59,395 nt of DNA. Source: Bacillota bacterium. GTDB taxonomy: Bacteria > Bacillota > Dethiobacteria > DTU022. Shown in pieces: positions 15,836-28,200 of the stretch. The DNA lies in assembly GCA_012840855.1 (NCBI GenBank), contig DUVX01000033.1, positions 1 to 59,395 on the forward strand. The letters are read 5' to 3'. A program made the translations under genes and the position numbers. Position 1 is the stretch's first letter; the number at the start of each line of letters is the position of its first letter. Under the pieces are notes generated by a model. The model was not told the origin of the DNA. It ran no database searches and saw only the letters and a list, made by a program, of their open reading frames with translations.

Positions 15836-17548
15836 ATGTCTGTTCGGGAATGGAAGTTGCCGCTGCTGAATGACTACCCGGAAAAGTGGGCCCGCCAGGA
15901 TCCCCGGAAACCGGCCCTGGTCCAGCACGAAGATGACAACACTGTAACCTATAAGCAGTTTAATTCCATGGTCGATTTCTTTGCTTTGCGCCTTCTTGAT
16001 CTGGGGATCAAGAAGGGGGACCGCGTGGCGACAATGCTCGTCTTGATCCCGGAGCATGTCATGCTGATGTATGCCTGTTTCAAGATCGGCGCGATCATCG
16101 CTCCCCTGGATGTGCGCCTAAAGGAGGCCGAGGTAGTTCGCGATCTGGGCAAGATTAAGCCGAAGGCCTTCTTCTTTCTAGGGAAGACACCGCTGCGCGA
16201 CTTTCGTGAAGTGGGCAGAGCGGTACAGGAAGAGTGTCCCTATGTGGAGCATCTGGTCCAGTTTACCCCCAACCCGGGGCCCGGAGAGCTTCTCGGCGGG
16301 GCGATGGCGATCACCGAGATGATGAACAAACGAAAGCTATTAGCTCTGAAGATCAAGGATATCTTTACCGGCGGGCTGAAAAAAGCGGCCGCCCTGATCG
16401 ATACCCATACACCGGCCCTCATCATCTTCACTACTGGTACGACAGGAGAGCCGAAGCCGGCGGTGATGAGCCATGAGAATATTATTATCCAGAATGAAGT
16501 GCTCGCCCGGGGGTTGGCGGGGAAAGTGGCGCGGGAAGAGATGCGCATGCTGATCAACCTGCCGCCCAGCCATGTAGGCTGCGTCACCGAGCAGCTGATG
16601 ACCACCCTTTATCTCGGGGGGACAGCCTACCTGATCCGGATATTCGATCCGAAGATGACCCTCGAGGCCATCGAGAAGCACCGGATAGTGGTGCTGGGTC
16701 AGATCCCGACGCAGTATCGCCTGGAGTGGGCTCTCCCAGGGTACGCCGATTACGATCTGAGCAGCCTTCGCTTCGCCATCTATGGCGGCTCGGCTGTGGA
16801 TACCGTCTTCCTGAGGGAGATGGCCAAAATGGCTCCCAATTTCGGTACCGGCATGGGGATGACCGAGACGGCGGGATTTTACACCTACACTGCGCCCGAT
16901 ATCAGTGTAGAGGAGATGGCTGGCCAGGTGGGCGCCGCCTTCGATGATCTGGCCCCGGTAACGGTGCGCCAACCGATGCGGCCTGATGGCAGCGCCGGGG
17001 AAGAGCTGCCCGATGGGGAAGTAGGCGAGATCTGCGTACACGGGCCCATTGTTTTTCAGGGCTACTACAATCTCCCCGAGGAGACGGCGAAGACAGTCTC
17101 CACCGACGGCGTTCTCTATACCGGGGATATGGGCTACTACAAGATGGTGGGCGACAACCGGGCCCTTTTCCTTTCGGGGCGGCAGAAGTTTGTAATCAAA
17201 CAGAAGGGTTACCAGGTCTTTCCCGATGAGGTGGAGGAGTATATCGCCTCTCATGAGAAGGTGGACCTTGTCGATGTGGTGGGAATCAAGCATAAGCTCT
17301 TCGATGAGGGGATCTTCGCCTTTGTCCGGCCCAAAAAAGGGGTGGAGCTGACGGCGGAAGAGATTGCAGATTACTGCAAAGAGATCGCTTCATACAAGAG
17401 GCCGCAGCATGTGGAGATCTGGCCCCAGGAAAAAGATTTTCCCCTCACCAGGGTAGCCAAGGTGGACAAGCGTGAGCTGAAACTTATCGCCGAAAAAGTT
17501 GTCGAAAAACTGCGCCGCGAAAACAGGTGGGATGCCGCTTCCGTCTAA
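15836..17548 (+). CDS. Class I adenylate-forming enzyme (acyl-CoA ligase)
   Basis: FTTGTTGEPK AMP-binding motif, GMTE, YTGDMG, GRQK, C-terminal AKVDK; SD AGGAGG. Confidence 0.9.
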   Translation: MSVREWKLPLLNDYPEKWARQDPRKPALVQHEDDNTVTYKQFNSMVDFFALRLLDLGIKKGDRVATMLVLIPEHVMLMYACFKIGAIIAPLDVRLKEAEVVRDLGKIKPKAFFFLGKTPLRDFREVGRAVQEECPYVEHLVQFTPNPGPGELLGGAMAITEMMNKRKLLALKIKDIFTGGLKKAAALIDTHTPALIIFTTGTTGEPKPAVMSHENIIIQNEVLARGLAGKVAREEMRMLINLPPSHVGCVTEQLMTTLYLGGTAYLIRIFDPKMTLEAIEKHRIVVLGQIPTQYRLEWALPGYADYDLSSLRFAIYGGSAVDTVFLREMAKMAPNFGTGMGMTETAGFYTYTAPDISVEEMAGQVGAAFDDLAPVTVRQPMRPDGSAGEELPDGEVGEICVHGPIVFQGYYNLPEETAKTVSTDGVLYTGDMGYYKMVGDNRALFLSGRQKFVIKQKGYQVFPDEVEEYIASHEKVDLVDVVGIKHKLFDEGIFAFVRPKKGVELTAEEIADYCKEIASYKRPQHVEIWPQEKDFPLTRVAKVDKRELKLIAEKVVEKLRRENRWDAASV

Positions 17549-17777
17549 AAAAAGTTTGGGGCAGCTCTCCCCTTTGCTGTCCCGGTGTTGATTGTTTCGC
17601 TCCTTTCTCTGCACAGCTGCCGGCGCCGGTGTGGGGGAGGGAGCGCTTTTAAATGCTCCCCCGGCCTGCTCAGGCGAGCATATCGCCGCCCGTCGGCAAT
17701 TTTATCTGAAATAATAGCCCTGCTTTGATATAATGTGTTGAAGGTATCTGCATAAATCGACGGGAAGGTGGTCTGCT

Positions 17778-19061
17778 TTGGGAAAGAAACAGGGCTCTGA
17801 GCGGAAACGCTTGCTCTTATTTATCGTTGCCTGTTTGCTTTTAGTGGGTTCGGCCTACCTGGTTTCCCAGGTGGCGCTGGGCACGGATCTGGGCAAGAGA
17901 GCGCTGGCCTGGACCGGCAAAGAGGATATCGGGATCAAGCGCGGCCTCGATATCGCCGGCGGGCTGTATGTGCTTCTGGAGGCGGTGGAGACGGGAGATG
18001 AGGAGATCGATGCTGATGCTATCGAGCGGACCGTGGCGGTCATCCGCATGCGCGTCGATGAGCTCGGTGTAGCCGAGCCGGTGATCACGTCGCAGGGCAA
18101 AAACAGGATCCGCATCGAGCTGCCCGATATCGATGATCCGGAGAAAGCCCGCGAAATCATCGGCCGCACCGCCAGGCTCTCCTTCGTCGATCCCGAGGGC
18201 GAGGAAGTTCTCACCGGCGCCAACCTGCGCCGCGTCCAGGCGATGCGGGATCCCAGCGAGCCCGAGCCCTTTATCTCCCTGGAGCTGGATAAGGAGGGCA
18301 CCAAGAACTTCGCCGAGGCTACGGGCGAATTTTACGGTCAGAAGATCTATATCCTTCTCGACGGTGAGGTCATCTCTGACCCCGTGGTGAACGCAGTGAT
18401 CACCGACGGACAGGCTCGGATTACCGGCCGCTACACTTTCGAGGAAGCAGCGGAGCTGGCCCTGCTGCTGCGCAGCGGTTCCCTTCCCGTGGAACTGAAG
18501 GAGCAGGAATCGCGCCTTGTCGGGCCAACCCTGGGACGACGGACCATGGATGTGAGCATCTACGCCGCCGCTGCCGGGCTGGTGGCGGTGCTGCTCTATA
18601 TGATCATATTTTACCGTTTTGCCGGCTTCATCTCCGGTATCGCCCTGCTATTTTACCTGACGCTGGTCCTAGGGGCGCTGACGCTGCTGCCGACGACCCT
18701 GACCCTCCCCGGCATCGCCGGCCTGATCCTCTCTATCGGTATGGCCGTCGACGCCAACGTGCTTATTTTTGAGCGGATCAAGGAAGAACTGCGCTCCGGG
18801 CGCACTGTTCACCGGGCCATGGAAAACGGTTTTCAGCAGGCTTTCCGGACCATCCTTGACTCGAACGTTACCACCATTATCGCTACCGTTGTTCTCTTCG
18901 CCCTGGCCAGCGGCCCTGTACGCGGGTTTGCGGTGACGCTCTTTATCGGTGTTATTTGCAGCATGTTTACCGCGGTGACGCTGACGCGCTCCCTGATGCG
19001 CCTTGCTTTTCAGGCCGGGTTGATGCGCAGCAGCCGGTATGTGGGGGTGAAGACAGCATGA
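17778..19061 (+). CDS. secD: Protein translocase subunit SecD
   Basis: GLDIAGG, RVDELGVAEP, GMAVDANVLIFERIKEE. Confidence 0.95.
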   Translation: MGKKQGSERKRLLLFIVACLLLVGSAYLVSQVALGTDLGKRALAWTGKEDIGIKRGLDIAGGLYVLLEAVETGDEEIDADAIERTVAVIRMRVDELGVAEPVITSQGKNRIRIELPDIDDPEKAREIIGRTARLSFVDPEGEEVLTGANLRRVQAMRDPSEPEPFISLELDKEGTKNFAEATGEFYGQKIYILLDGEVISDPVVNAVITDGQARITGRYTFEEAAELALLLRSGSLPVELKEQESRLVGPTLGRRTMDVSIYAAAAGLVAVLLYMIIFYRFAGFISGIALLFYLTLVLGALTLLPTTLTLPGIAGLILSIGMAVDANVLIFERIKEELRSGRTVHRAMENGFQQAFRTILDSNVTTIIATVVLFALASGPVRGFAVTLFIGVICSMFTAVTLTRSLMRLAFQAGLMRSSRYVGVKTA

Positions 19062-19978
19062 TTCGCTTTATCCGTAATCGTAAAATTCCTTACGCCCTCT
19101 CCCTGATCCTGATCCTGGTCGGCGCGATCTCGCTCGCTCTTTCCGGTTTGAACTTAGGCATCGATTTCGCCGGGGGGACGGTCTTTCACCTGAACCTTAC
19201 TGACGATTTCACCATGGAAGAGGTAGAAAAGCTCTCTGGAGAGATCCCTGAGCTTAAGGGCGCAGCGTTGCAGATGGATCAGGGGCATGATCCACAGGGC
19301 CGGATTACCAGAGGGGTGGTCATCAAGAGCGCCTATATCGAGGAAGGGCGCCGCAACTCCATTCTCGACACTTTCAGAGAGCACTGGCCCTCGCTGGGCC
19401 CCGATGATCTGCGCGTGGAGAGCGTGGGCGGAGTGATCAGCGGTGAGCTGGCCCGCCAGTCACTCATCGCCCTGGTCGTGGCCATCGCCGGGATGGTTCT
19501 TTATATCACGTTCCGTTTCGAATTTCGATTCGCCCTGGCGGCGATCATCGCCCTGCTCCACGATATCTTTATTATCGTGGCCGTATTCTCAATTTTTCAG
19601 ATCGAGGCCAATGTGCCCTTTATTGCAGCCCTGCTTACCATATTCGGCTATTCGGTCAACGATACTATTGTTATCTTCGACCGGATCAGGGAAAATATCA
19701 AGCGCAAAAAGAAAGAGGAGTACGCCGCTCTGGTCGATGAGAGCATCAACCAGAGCCTTGTGCGCACGCTGAACACCTCGCTGACCACATTTATAGTTCT
19801 ATTGGCCCTGCTGGTCGGCTTTTTCTACTTTATCGGCAGTTTCGATCTCATCGCCTTCGTCGTAGCCCTGCTCATCGGCGTCATCGTGGGGACCTATTCA
19901 TCGGTATTTATCGCCGCGCCCCTCTGGTTCGATCTGACGGAGCTTAATTTTCGCAGGGCGCGCCGCCGCCGCGCCTGA
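19058..19978 (+). CDS. secF: Protein translocase subunit SecF
   Basis: GIDFAGG, ALLHD, GYSVNDTIVIFDRIRE; ATGA overlap with secD. Confidence 0.95.
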   Translation: MIRFIRNRKIPYALSLILILVGAISLALSGLNLGIDFAGGTVFHLNLTDDFTMEEVEKLSGEIPELKGAALQMDQGHDPQGRITRGVVIKSAYIEEGRRNSILDTFREHWPSLGPDDLRVESVGGVISGELARQSLIALVVAIAGMVLYITFRFEFRFALAAIIALLHDIFIIVAVFSIFQIEANVPFIAALLTIFGYSVNDTIVIFDRIRENIKRKKKEEYAALVDESINQSLVRTLNTSLTTFIVLLALLVGFFYFIGSFDLIAFVVALLIGVIVGTYSSVFIAAPLWFDLTELNFRRARRRRA

Positions 19979-20037
19979 GAACGAACCAGGTGACCCTCGC
20001 AGCGGTTGCATTGGGGAAAGGAGACAGCCCTTAAAAG

Positions 20038-22470
20038 ATGAGTCTATCTCAGAAACGCTGGGACGAGCCGGCTTCGGCATCTGACGGAGCGGTGACCGCC
20101 CTGGCGGAAGAGCTGAATATTATGCCGGCTCTGGCCCGGGTTCTATTCCAGCGGGGGATCAAAGAGAGCGCTGCCGCCCGCAGCTTTCTTGATCCCTCGC
20201 TGGAGCGGCTCCATTCCCCCTGGCTGATGAAGGGGATGGAGCGCGCGGTGGCGCGGATCTGCACCGCCCTGGAAAAAGGCGAGAAGATCGTTGTACATGG
20301 CGACTATGATGTCGACGGGATTACCGCGGCGGCGCTCCTGATGGAGGTGCTACGGCAACTCGGGGCGGCGGTGGTGGACTTTTACCTGCCCAGCCGTTTC
20401 CGGGAAGGCTATGGGCTGCACCGCGAAGCGCTGGAGCAGATCGCCGCGGCGGGAGCCGACCTGCTGATCACCGTCGATTGCGGCGCCAACGCTTCCTCTG
20501 AAATCGCTTGTGCCCGCAGCCTCGGCTTGGATCTGATCATTACCGATCATCACAAGACTTTTGAGCCGCTTGAGGGAGCCGCAGCAGTTCTTAATCCCCT
20601 GCAGGAGGGCTGCCGTTACCCCTTCAAGGATCTTTCCGGTGCAGGGATCGCCTTTAAACTGGCCACAGCGCTGAAAGAAAAAAAGGACGCGGCTTTTCCG
20701 GAAGATCTTCTCGATCTGGCCGCCCTGGGGACGGCGGCCGATATGGTGCCGCTACTCGGAGAAAACCGTATCTTGACCGCCCAGGGGCTGGCGCGGCTGA
20801 GGCGTGCACCGCGGCCTGGCCTGGAGGCTCTGGCAAAAATTGTGGGGATCGAGCCGGCGCAGATCGACAGCTATGCGCTCTCTTTTATACTGGCTCCGCC
20901 GCTCAATGCTGCAGGCCGCCTGGGTGAGGCCGATCCGGCGCTCCGCCTGCTTCTGGAACAGGACAGGGAGAGCGCCGCAGCTCTTGCCCAGAATTTACAT
21001 AACATAAATCGCGAGCGCCGTGACAGGGAAGCGCGGATTCTCCGCGAGGCTGAAACTGTTCTAAAGAGCGATCGCTGCGCCGCGGGGGAGCATATCATCA
21101 CTCTGGCCGGCGACGGCTGGCCTCACGGGGTCATCGGCATCGTTGCTTCACGCCTGGCGGAGCGTTTTTACCGGCCCGTGGTGCTCATCGCTCTTGACGG
21201 CGATGAGGGGCGGGGCTCGGCGCGCAGCATCCCCGGTTTCGATATCACCGCTGCCTTGCACAGCTGTGCGCCGCTCCTGGAGCGTTTCGGGGGGCACACC
21301 CAGGCCGCCGGCCTGACGATCAGGGCGGAGCGCGTCGCTGATCTGCGCAGGGAACTCAATCGCTATGCTGCGCCGCAACTGCGGCGCGAGAAGCTTTCGC
21401 CCCTTCTTCAGTTTGATGCCGCCCTGGATCCGCCGGAGATCGGGATGGAGTTGGCCCGCCAGGTGGCGCTGCTGGAGCCCTTCGGGGTGGCCAATCCGCC
21501 GCCCCTTTTTTGTGGCCGGGGTTGGGAGCTGCGCTCATGGCGCCTCGTGGGGGCCGACCGAAAACACCTCAAATTAAATCTGGCCAGTGATGAGCACCGG
21601 GCGGCGCCGATCTTTTTCTCGGCGGCTTCACTGGAGCCCTCTCTCAGGCGGGGCCGCCGCTTCGATCTGGCTTTTACCCTGAGAGAGGGGCGCTTCAAGG
21701 ACCGGCCCATTCTCGATATGGTCTTGAAAGATCTGCGACGGGCCGATCGCCATACGGGCGGCCGAGTTACCGTCATCGACAGGCGCGAACGCCGCCGCCT
21801 CGCTTTGCTGAACAGAATTCTACGCGCTGACGCTGCGCCGGCGGTCATCTTCACCGCCACAAAAGGGCGGCGGGCGGCGCTGAAAGAGAAGCTGATGGCG
21901 GAGCAGCCGCTTGCTTTTCTCGGCAGCGGGAGAGATAATTATGAGGAGGGCTCGCCCGCACCGGCGTGCGGTTACCCGGTGCTGGTCCTATATGATCTGC
22001 CCCTGACGAAGAAGATCGTGCAGCAATATTTCGATCGCTGCGCCGCCGAAGGCGGCCTCCGGATCTATCTTCTTTACAGCGAAGCCGATCGAAAACGCAA
22101 TGATCTGCTGCTCAATCTGGCACTGCCTTCGGATGACGCCCTGGGTGAAATCTATCGCGCCTGGGCCGAGGCCGCTACGGCTACAGGGAAGGCCGGACTG
22201 CCGGCCAGTCTGCGGGAAAGGTTCGCTGCGCCGGCGGGAACAAAATTTTGGGAGCGCTGCCTGAAGATCTATGCTGAAGCGGGGCTTTGTCGCGGCGGAG
22301 CGCCTTTACCACCGGAGGATCTTTCCATGCTGGGGCGATCGCTCCAGCGCTCGCCCGCTTTCCAAGCAGTGCGCGAGCTGCGCGAGGGTTGCTTTCGCTA
22401 CCAGGAGATGCTTCTAAAAAGCTCTCCGGGAGAGCTGGCTGCCGCCTGGGATCAGCTGCTTGAGGTTTAG
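20038..22470 (+). CDS. recJ: ssDNA-specific exonuclease RecJ
   Basis: HGDYDVDG, VDCG, TDHH, LNAAGRL, GSARS, FGGH..AAG. Confidence 0.95.
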   Translation: MSLSQKRWDEPASASDGAVTALAEELNIMPALARVLFQRGIKESAAARSFLDPSLERLHSPWLMKGMERAVARICTALEKGEKIVVHGDYDVDGITAAALLMEVLRQLGAAVVDFYLPSRFREGYGLHREALEQIAAAGADLLITVDCGANASSEIACARSLGLDLIITDHHKTFEPLEGAAAVLNPLQEGCRYPFKDLSGAGIAFKLATALKEKKDAAFPEDLLDLAALGTAADMVPLLGENRILTAQGLARLRRAPRPGLEALAKIVGIEPAQIDSYALSFILAPPLNAAGRLGEADPALRLLLEQDRESAAALAQNLHNINRERRDREARILREAETVLKSDRCAAGEHIITLAGDGWPHGVIGIVASRLAERFYRPVVLIALDGDEGRGSARSIPGFDITAALHSCAPLLERFGGHTQAAGLTIRAERVADLRRELNRYAAPQLRREKLSPLLQFDAALDPPEIGMELARQVALLEPFGVANPPPLFCGRGWELRSWRLVGADRKHLKLNLASDEHRAAPIFFSAASLEPSLRRGRRFDLAFTLREGRFKDRPILDMVLKDLRRADRHTGGRVTVIDRRERRRLALLNRILRADAAPAVIFTATKGRRAALKEKLMAEQPLAFLGSGRDNYEEGSPAPACGYPVLVLYDLPLTKKIVQQYFDRCAAEGGLRIYLLYSEADRKRNDLLLNLALPSDDALGEIYRAWAEAATATGKAGLPASLRERFAAPAGTKFWERCLKIYAEAGLCRGGAPLPPEDLSMLGRSLQRSPAFQAVRELREGCFRYQEMLLKSSPGELAAAWDQLLEV

Positions 22471-22510
22471 GGCCGGCAAAAATAATTAAAGATAAGATCG
22501 GTGAAAGAAG

Positions 22511-24688
22511 ATGCCGGTAAAAGAAAAAAAACTGGACAATCTAAAAAAACTGCTGGCCCGTCATTACCCCAGCGTTGATGATTGGGCTCGGGTGGAGAAA
22601 GCATACGCGTTGGCGCGGCAGGCGCACAGCGGGCAGCGGCGTGAATCGGGAGAGTCATTTATCAGCCACCCCCTAGGGGTGGCTACGATCCTGGCCGAAC
22701 TGGGCCTTGATTTGACCACGGTTATAGCGGGGCTGCTCCACGATGTCGTCGAGGATACGGCGGTAACCCTGGAGGAGATCAGGGAGAGCTTCGGGGAGGA
22801 GATCGCCGCCCTGGTGGACGGGGTCACAAAGCTGAGTCGCCTTGATTTTGCCTCTCGCGAGGAGCAGCAGGCCGAGACCCTGCGGAAGATGTTCATCGCC
22901 ATGGCCGAGGATATCCGGGTTATCCTGATCAAGTTGGCCGACCGGACGCATAATCTGCGCACCCTGCGCTACCTCGATCCGCGGAAGCAGCAGGAGATTG
23001 CACGGGAGACGATGGAGATCTATGCGCCGCTGGCCCACCGCCTCGGTATCTATAAGATCAAATGGGAGCTTGAGGACAGCGCCTTCCGTTATATGCAGCC
23101 CGGCGCCTATTATCGGCTCGTCGATCAGCTGGCCAAAAAGAGGCGGGAGCGGGAGCAATTTATCAGCCGCCTGATCAATATTATTATGAAACGCCTCGAA
23201 GCGGTGGGTATGACCGCCGAGATCCAGGGGCGGCCGAAACACCTCTACAGCATCTATCACAAGATGAAAGAGCAGGAGAAGGATTTAAGCGAGATCTACG
23301 ATCTCACCGCCATCCGCGTCATCGTGGATTCGGTAAAGGATTGCTACGGCGTCCTCGGCACGATCCATGCCATCTGGAAGCCCATCCCGGGCCGGTTCAA
23401 GGATTATATCGCCATGCCCAAACCGAATATGTACCAGTCGCTGCATACGACGGTGGTGGCCGCCGAGAACGAGCTCGTCGAGATCCAGATCCGCACCTGG
23501 GAGATGCACCGCACCGCCGAATACGGTATCGCTGCGCACTGGCGCTACAAGGAGAAGATCACCGATGAGCGCGAATTCGATCAGAAGCTGGCCTGGCTGC
23601 GCCAGCTGCTTGAATGGCAGCAGGATTACCGGGATGCGCGGGAATTCATTGAAAACCTGAAGCTCGATCTTTTTACCGATGAGGTCTTTGTCTTTACGCC
23701 GCGCGGCGATGTCATCGATCTCCCCGCCGGCTCCATACCTATTGATTTCGCCTACAAGATCCACACCGATATTGGCCACAGCTGCACCGGTTCGCGGATC
23801 AATGGACGGCTCGTCCCCCTCGATTATGTCCTGAAAACGGGGGATATGGTGGAGATTATCACCGGCAAGCACAGTTCACCCAGCCGCGATTGGCTGAATA
23901 TGGTGAAAAGTGCCCAGGCGAAAAATAAGATCCGCAGCTGGTTCAAGCGGGAGCGTCGGGAGGAAAATATTGAAAAGGGCCGCGAGATGATCGAACGCGA
24001 GAACCGCCGCCTCGACTACGACCTGAGGGATCTGCTCAAAAGCGACCTGGTGGAAGAGGTGGCGCGGAAGTTCAATCTTCAGTCGGCAGACGATCTATAC
24101 GGCGCTGTGGGCTACGGCGGCATCACCGTCCGGCAGGTTATCGGGCGGCTGCGCGAGGAATATCGCCGCAAGTACGGCCTGAAGGAAGAGACGCTGCCGC
24201 AGACCAGGCCGGAGCAGCGCCCGCCTCCCTCTGCCCCCGGAGTGATCGTCGAGGGGATCGACAATATCCTGGTACGCTTCGCCCGCTGCTGCAATCCTGT
24301 GCCCGATGATGCCATCGCCGGGCTGGTGACGCGCGGCCGGGGGGTCTCCATCCATCGCGACGACTGCCCTAATTTAAAGGCTTACCGCTCCGAGAGCGGC
24401 AGGCTGCTCAAGGCCGCCTGGGAGAAGGAAGCGGCGCGGGCTTACCCGGTAACCATCGAGGTAGCGGCCAATGACCGGACCAACCTGCTGGCTGATATTA
24501 CGGCGGCCATCAGCGAGTGCAAGATCCAGATCGCCGCGGTGAACGGGCGCGCTGAGAGGGACAATACGGCGATCATCCATCTGACCCTGAGCGTAAAGGA
24601 TCGGGCGCAGCTGGAGCAGGTGATGAGCCGGGTCAAGAAAGTGAAAGATATCTACAGTGTGCGCCGTCATCTTTACTGGAAGAGCTGA
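22511..24688 (+). CDS. relA: Bifunctional (p)ppGpp synthetase/hydrolase
   Basis: [30 protein letters not shown]; TGS and ACT domains. Confidence 0.97.
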   Translation: MPVKEKKLDNLKKLLARHYPSVDDWARVEKAYALARQAHSGQRRESGESFISHPLGVATILAELGLDLTTVIAGLLHDVVEDTAVTLEEIRESFGEEIAALVDGVTKLSRLDFASREEQQAETLRKMFIAMAEDIRVILIKLADRTHNLRTLRYLDPRKQQEIARETMEIYAPLAHRLGIYKIKWELEDSAFRYMQPGAYYRLVDQLAKKRREREQFISRLINIIMKRLEAVGMTAEIQGRPKHLYSIYHKMKEQEKDLSEIYDLTAIRVIVDSVKDCYGVLGTIHAIWKPIPGRFKDYIAMPKPNMYQSLHTTVVAAENELVEIQIRTWEMHRTAEYGIAAHWRYKEKITDEREFDQKLAWLRQLLEWQQDYRDAREFIENLKLDLFTDEVFVFTPRGDVIDLPAGSIPIDFAYKIHTDIGHSCTGSRINGRLVPLDYVLKTGDMVEIITGKHSSPSRDWLNMVKSAQAKNKIRSWFKRERREENIEKGREMIERENRRLDYDLRDLLKSDLVEEVARKFNLQSADDLYGAVGYGGITVRQVIGRLREEYRRKYGLKEETLPQTRPEQRPPPSAPGVIVEGIDNILVRFARCCNPVPDDAIAGLVTRGRGVSIHRDDCPNLKAYRSESGRLLKAAWEKEAARAYPVTIEVAANDRTNLLADITAAISECKIQIAAVNGRAERDNTAIIHLTLSVKDRAQLEQVMSRVKKVKDIYSVRRHLYWKS

Positions 24689-24705
24689 TCGGGGGAGGCG
24701 GAAAA

Positions 24706-25155
24706 ATGCGTGCAGTGGTACAGCGTGTGGAGAGGGCCTCGGTGGCGGTAGGCGCGGAAATCATCGGAAAGATCGGCCCCGGCCTTGTTGTCTACCTGGG
24801 CGTGGGGCGGGACGATAGCGCCGCCGATTGCAGCTACCTGGCCAAAAAGATTGCAGGGCTGCGTATATTCGAGGATGAGAGCGGGCGGATGAACCTCTCT
24901 GTCAGGGAAAACGGGGGGAGCATCCTCTGCATCTCCCAGTTCACCCTCTACGGTGATTGCCGTAGAGGGCGCCGGCCCAGCTTCACCGCCGCCGCTTTGC
25001 CGGAGAAAGCGGCGGAACTTTACGAGGAATTCTGCACCCGCTTGAGTGAGGAGGGGCTCGCGATCGCCCGGGGACGCTTCGGGGCGATGATGCAGATAGA
25101 GCAGGTTAACGACGGGCCGGTGACGATCCTGCTGGATAGCGGCAAGAATTTCTAG
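24706..25155 (+). CDS. dtd: D-aminoacyl-tRNA deacylase
   Basis: [19 protein letters not shown]. Confidence 0.95.
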   Translation: MRAVVQRVERASVAVGAEIIGKIGPGLVVYLGVGRDDSAADCSYLAKKIAGLRIFEDESGRMNLSVRENGGSILCISQFTLYGDCRRGRRPSFTAAALPEKAAELYEEFCTRLSEEGLAIARGRFGAMMQIEQVNDGPVTILLDSGKNF

Positions 25156-25243
25156 CGATCTGCACTTTGGGATCGACAAAGCAATCTATTGGCAGCGGGA
25201 CAGCTGCCAAAAATGAGAGATCATTTGGGAAGGGTGAGGGTAA

Positions 25244-28200
25244 TTGCAGTATCGGGCTCCCCGGGGTACCCGGGACCTTTTGCCGGGGGAGATTGAAAGA
25301 TGGCATTTTCTCGAGGAAACATTCAGGGGGCTCTGCGCACTCTACGGCTACGGTGAGGTGCGCACGCCTTTTTTCGAGCAGACCGATCTTTTTGCTCGCA
25401 GTGTGGGTGAAGAGAGCGATATCGTTTCCAAGGAGATGTATACGTTTAAGGATCGCAGCGGCCGCAGCCTGACCCTGCGGCCTGAGGGTACGGCGGCGGT
25501 GGCTCGCGCTTACCTGGAAAATAATTTAAAAGACCGGCCGCAGCCGATCAAACTCTACTATGTGGGGCCCATGTTCCGCTATGATCGTCCGCAGGCAGGG
25601 CGTTACCGCCAGTTTCACCAGGTGGGGCTGGAGCTTTTCGGTGCCGCCCATCCCGTTGCCGACGCCGAGATTATCGCTCTATCCATCAATTTTTTGAAGG
25701 CGCTGCATATTGACGATTTCAACCTGGAGCTGAACAGCGTGGGCTGTCCCCGTTGCCGTCCCGCTTACGGGGAAGAGCTGCGCGGCTTCCTGCGCTCGCT
25801 CAAAGAGGAGCTCTGCTCGGACTGCCGGCGCCGCTTCGAGGAGAACCCCTTGCGGGCGCTGGACTGCAAGGAGCCCCGCTGCCGCGAACTGGTCCGGCAG
25901 GCGCCGATGATGCCCCAGCGCCTTTGCGCGGAATGCCGGATCCATTTCGCGGAGCTGCAGCGGATTCTCGATGGCCTGAAGATTCCCTTTCTCCTCAACC
26001 CCCGTCTTGTCCGCGGCCTCGACTATTACAGCCGCACCGCTTTTGAATTTGTTCCCCGTGAGGACAGGGCCCTCGGTTCTTTAGGCGGCGGCGGGCGCTA
26101 CGATTACCTCGTTGAGTACTGCGGCGGACCGCCCGTTCCCGGGGTGGGGGTAGCTCTGGGTATAGAGCGTCTCCTCACCGCCGCCGGGGCGGCGGCGATA
26201 TCGCCCTTCTCTACGGCGGAGCCGCCGCTCTATATCGCTTCGGCTGGAGAGGGCCTCTCCCCGGAGACGCTGGCCCTTGCGGAAGGACTCCGCCGCCGTG
26301 GCATCCCCGTGGAGACTGAGCTGATGGAGCGCAGCCTGAAGGGGCAGATGAAATATGCCGGCCGGAAAGGTTTCCCGGCGGTGCTGCTCATCGGCTCGCG
26401 CGAGCTGGAGACAGGGACCGTGACCCTGCGCCGCATGGACAGCGGCGAGCAGGAGACGGTGCCCCGCGCCGGGCTGGCGGAGAGGCTGCAGCGGGAGGGG
26501 CTTCTCCCCCGGCGGCAGGAGGCGACAGCCGGCGGAACGGCAGAGGGAGCGGAACCGCCGGGTTGCGGGGAGCTGCGCGCCGGCGATGCCGGCAAAGAGC
26601 TGGCCCTGCGGGGCTGGGTGCAGCGCCGTCGCGATCATGGCGGGCTTCTCTTTGTCGATCTGCGCGACCGCACCGGGCTGGTTCAACTGGTCTTCAACAG
26701 TGAGGGCGACCGGGAGCTTTTTGCCCTGGCCGAAAGCCTGCGCAGCGAGTACGTCATCGCTGTGCGGGGTAAAGTGCTCCGCCGCGATCCCGACCAGCGC
26801 AACCCCGCCCTGAAGACGGGCGAGATCGAGATTCAGGTTGCGCATCTGGAGATCCTCAATCGCTCGAAGACGCCGCCCTTTTATATCGAAGACGGGCTCC
26901 ATGTGGACGAAAACCTACGCCTGCGCTATCGCTATCTCGATCTGCGCCGTCCCGAGAACTACCGCCGTCTGGCGCTACGCCACCGTGCGGTAAAGCTGAT
27001 CCGTGATTATCTCGACGGGTGCGGCTTCCTGGAAATCGAGACCCCGGCGCTGACGCGCAGCACCCCTGAGGGGGCGCGTGATTACCTGGTACCCAGCCGG
27101 AGTAGCCCCGGTTCCTTTTACGCCCTGCCGCAATCGCCGCAGCTTTTCAAGCAACTGCTCATGGTGGGCGGCGTGGAGCGCTATTTTCAGATCGCCCGTT
27201 GCTTTAGGGATGAAGATCTGCGCGCGGACCGGCAGCCCGAGTTCACCCAGATCGATATCGAGGCCTCCTTCATGGAGAGGGAGCGCCTGTTTGCGATCAT
27301 GGAGGGGATGATGGCTCTCCTTTACAGCGGGCTCCTCGGCTATGAGCTGCCTCGCCCCTTCCTTCGGTTGACTTACCGCGAGGCGATGGAGCGTTACGGC
27401 ACCGACAAACCCGATCTGCGCTTCGGGATGGAGCTGATAGATTGCAGCGAACCGGCCCGGGAAAGCGAATTCAAGGTTTTCCGGAGCGCTCTCGAGGCCG
27501 GCGGAGCGGTCAAAGCGCTGCGGGCCCCGGGGAAGGGCGGCTACAGCCGCCGGGAGCTCGATGAGCTTGTCGCCCTCGCCGTTGGCTGGGGAGCGGGGGG
27601 GCTAGCCTGGTTAATCCGCGAGGAGCAGGGCTGGCGCTCGCCCATCGCTAAATTTTTCAGCCCCGCCCTGCTGGAGAAGATCGGGGAGCTTGCCGGAGCC
27701 GTTCCCGGCGATCTGCTGCTTTTTGCCGCCGGTGATAGATCGCTCTGCAATGAAGTCCTGGGCCGGATGCGGCTGCACCTCGCTCCGGAGAGCCTGCCGG
27801 CGGAGCCGCATTTTCTCTGGGTCGTCGACTTTCCCCTCTTCGAGTACGATCCGCTGGAGAAAAGGCTGACTCCGGCGCACCATCCCTTCACGGCGCCGCG
27901 GGAGGAAGATCTGCCGCTTCTCGAGAGTGAGCCCCTGGCGGTGCGCTCGCAGGCCTACGACCTGGTGCTTAATGGGGTGGAGCTGGGCTCGGGGAGCAAC
28001 CGGATCCACCGCCGCGAGATCCAGTGGCGCATCTTCCGGGAGCTGGGGATCTCGGAGGATGAAGCGATGGAGAAATTTTCTTTTCTCCTGGAAGCACTGG
28101 AGTACGGGGCGCCTCCCCACGGGGGGATCGCCCTGGGCCTGGACCGCCTGGTGGCTCTCTTCACCGGAGACGAGTCGATCCGGCAGGTGATCGCCTTTCC

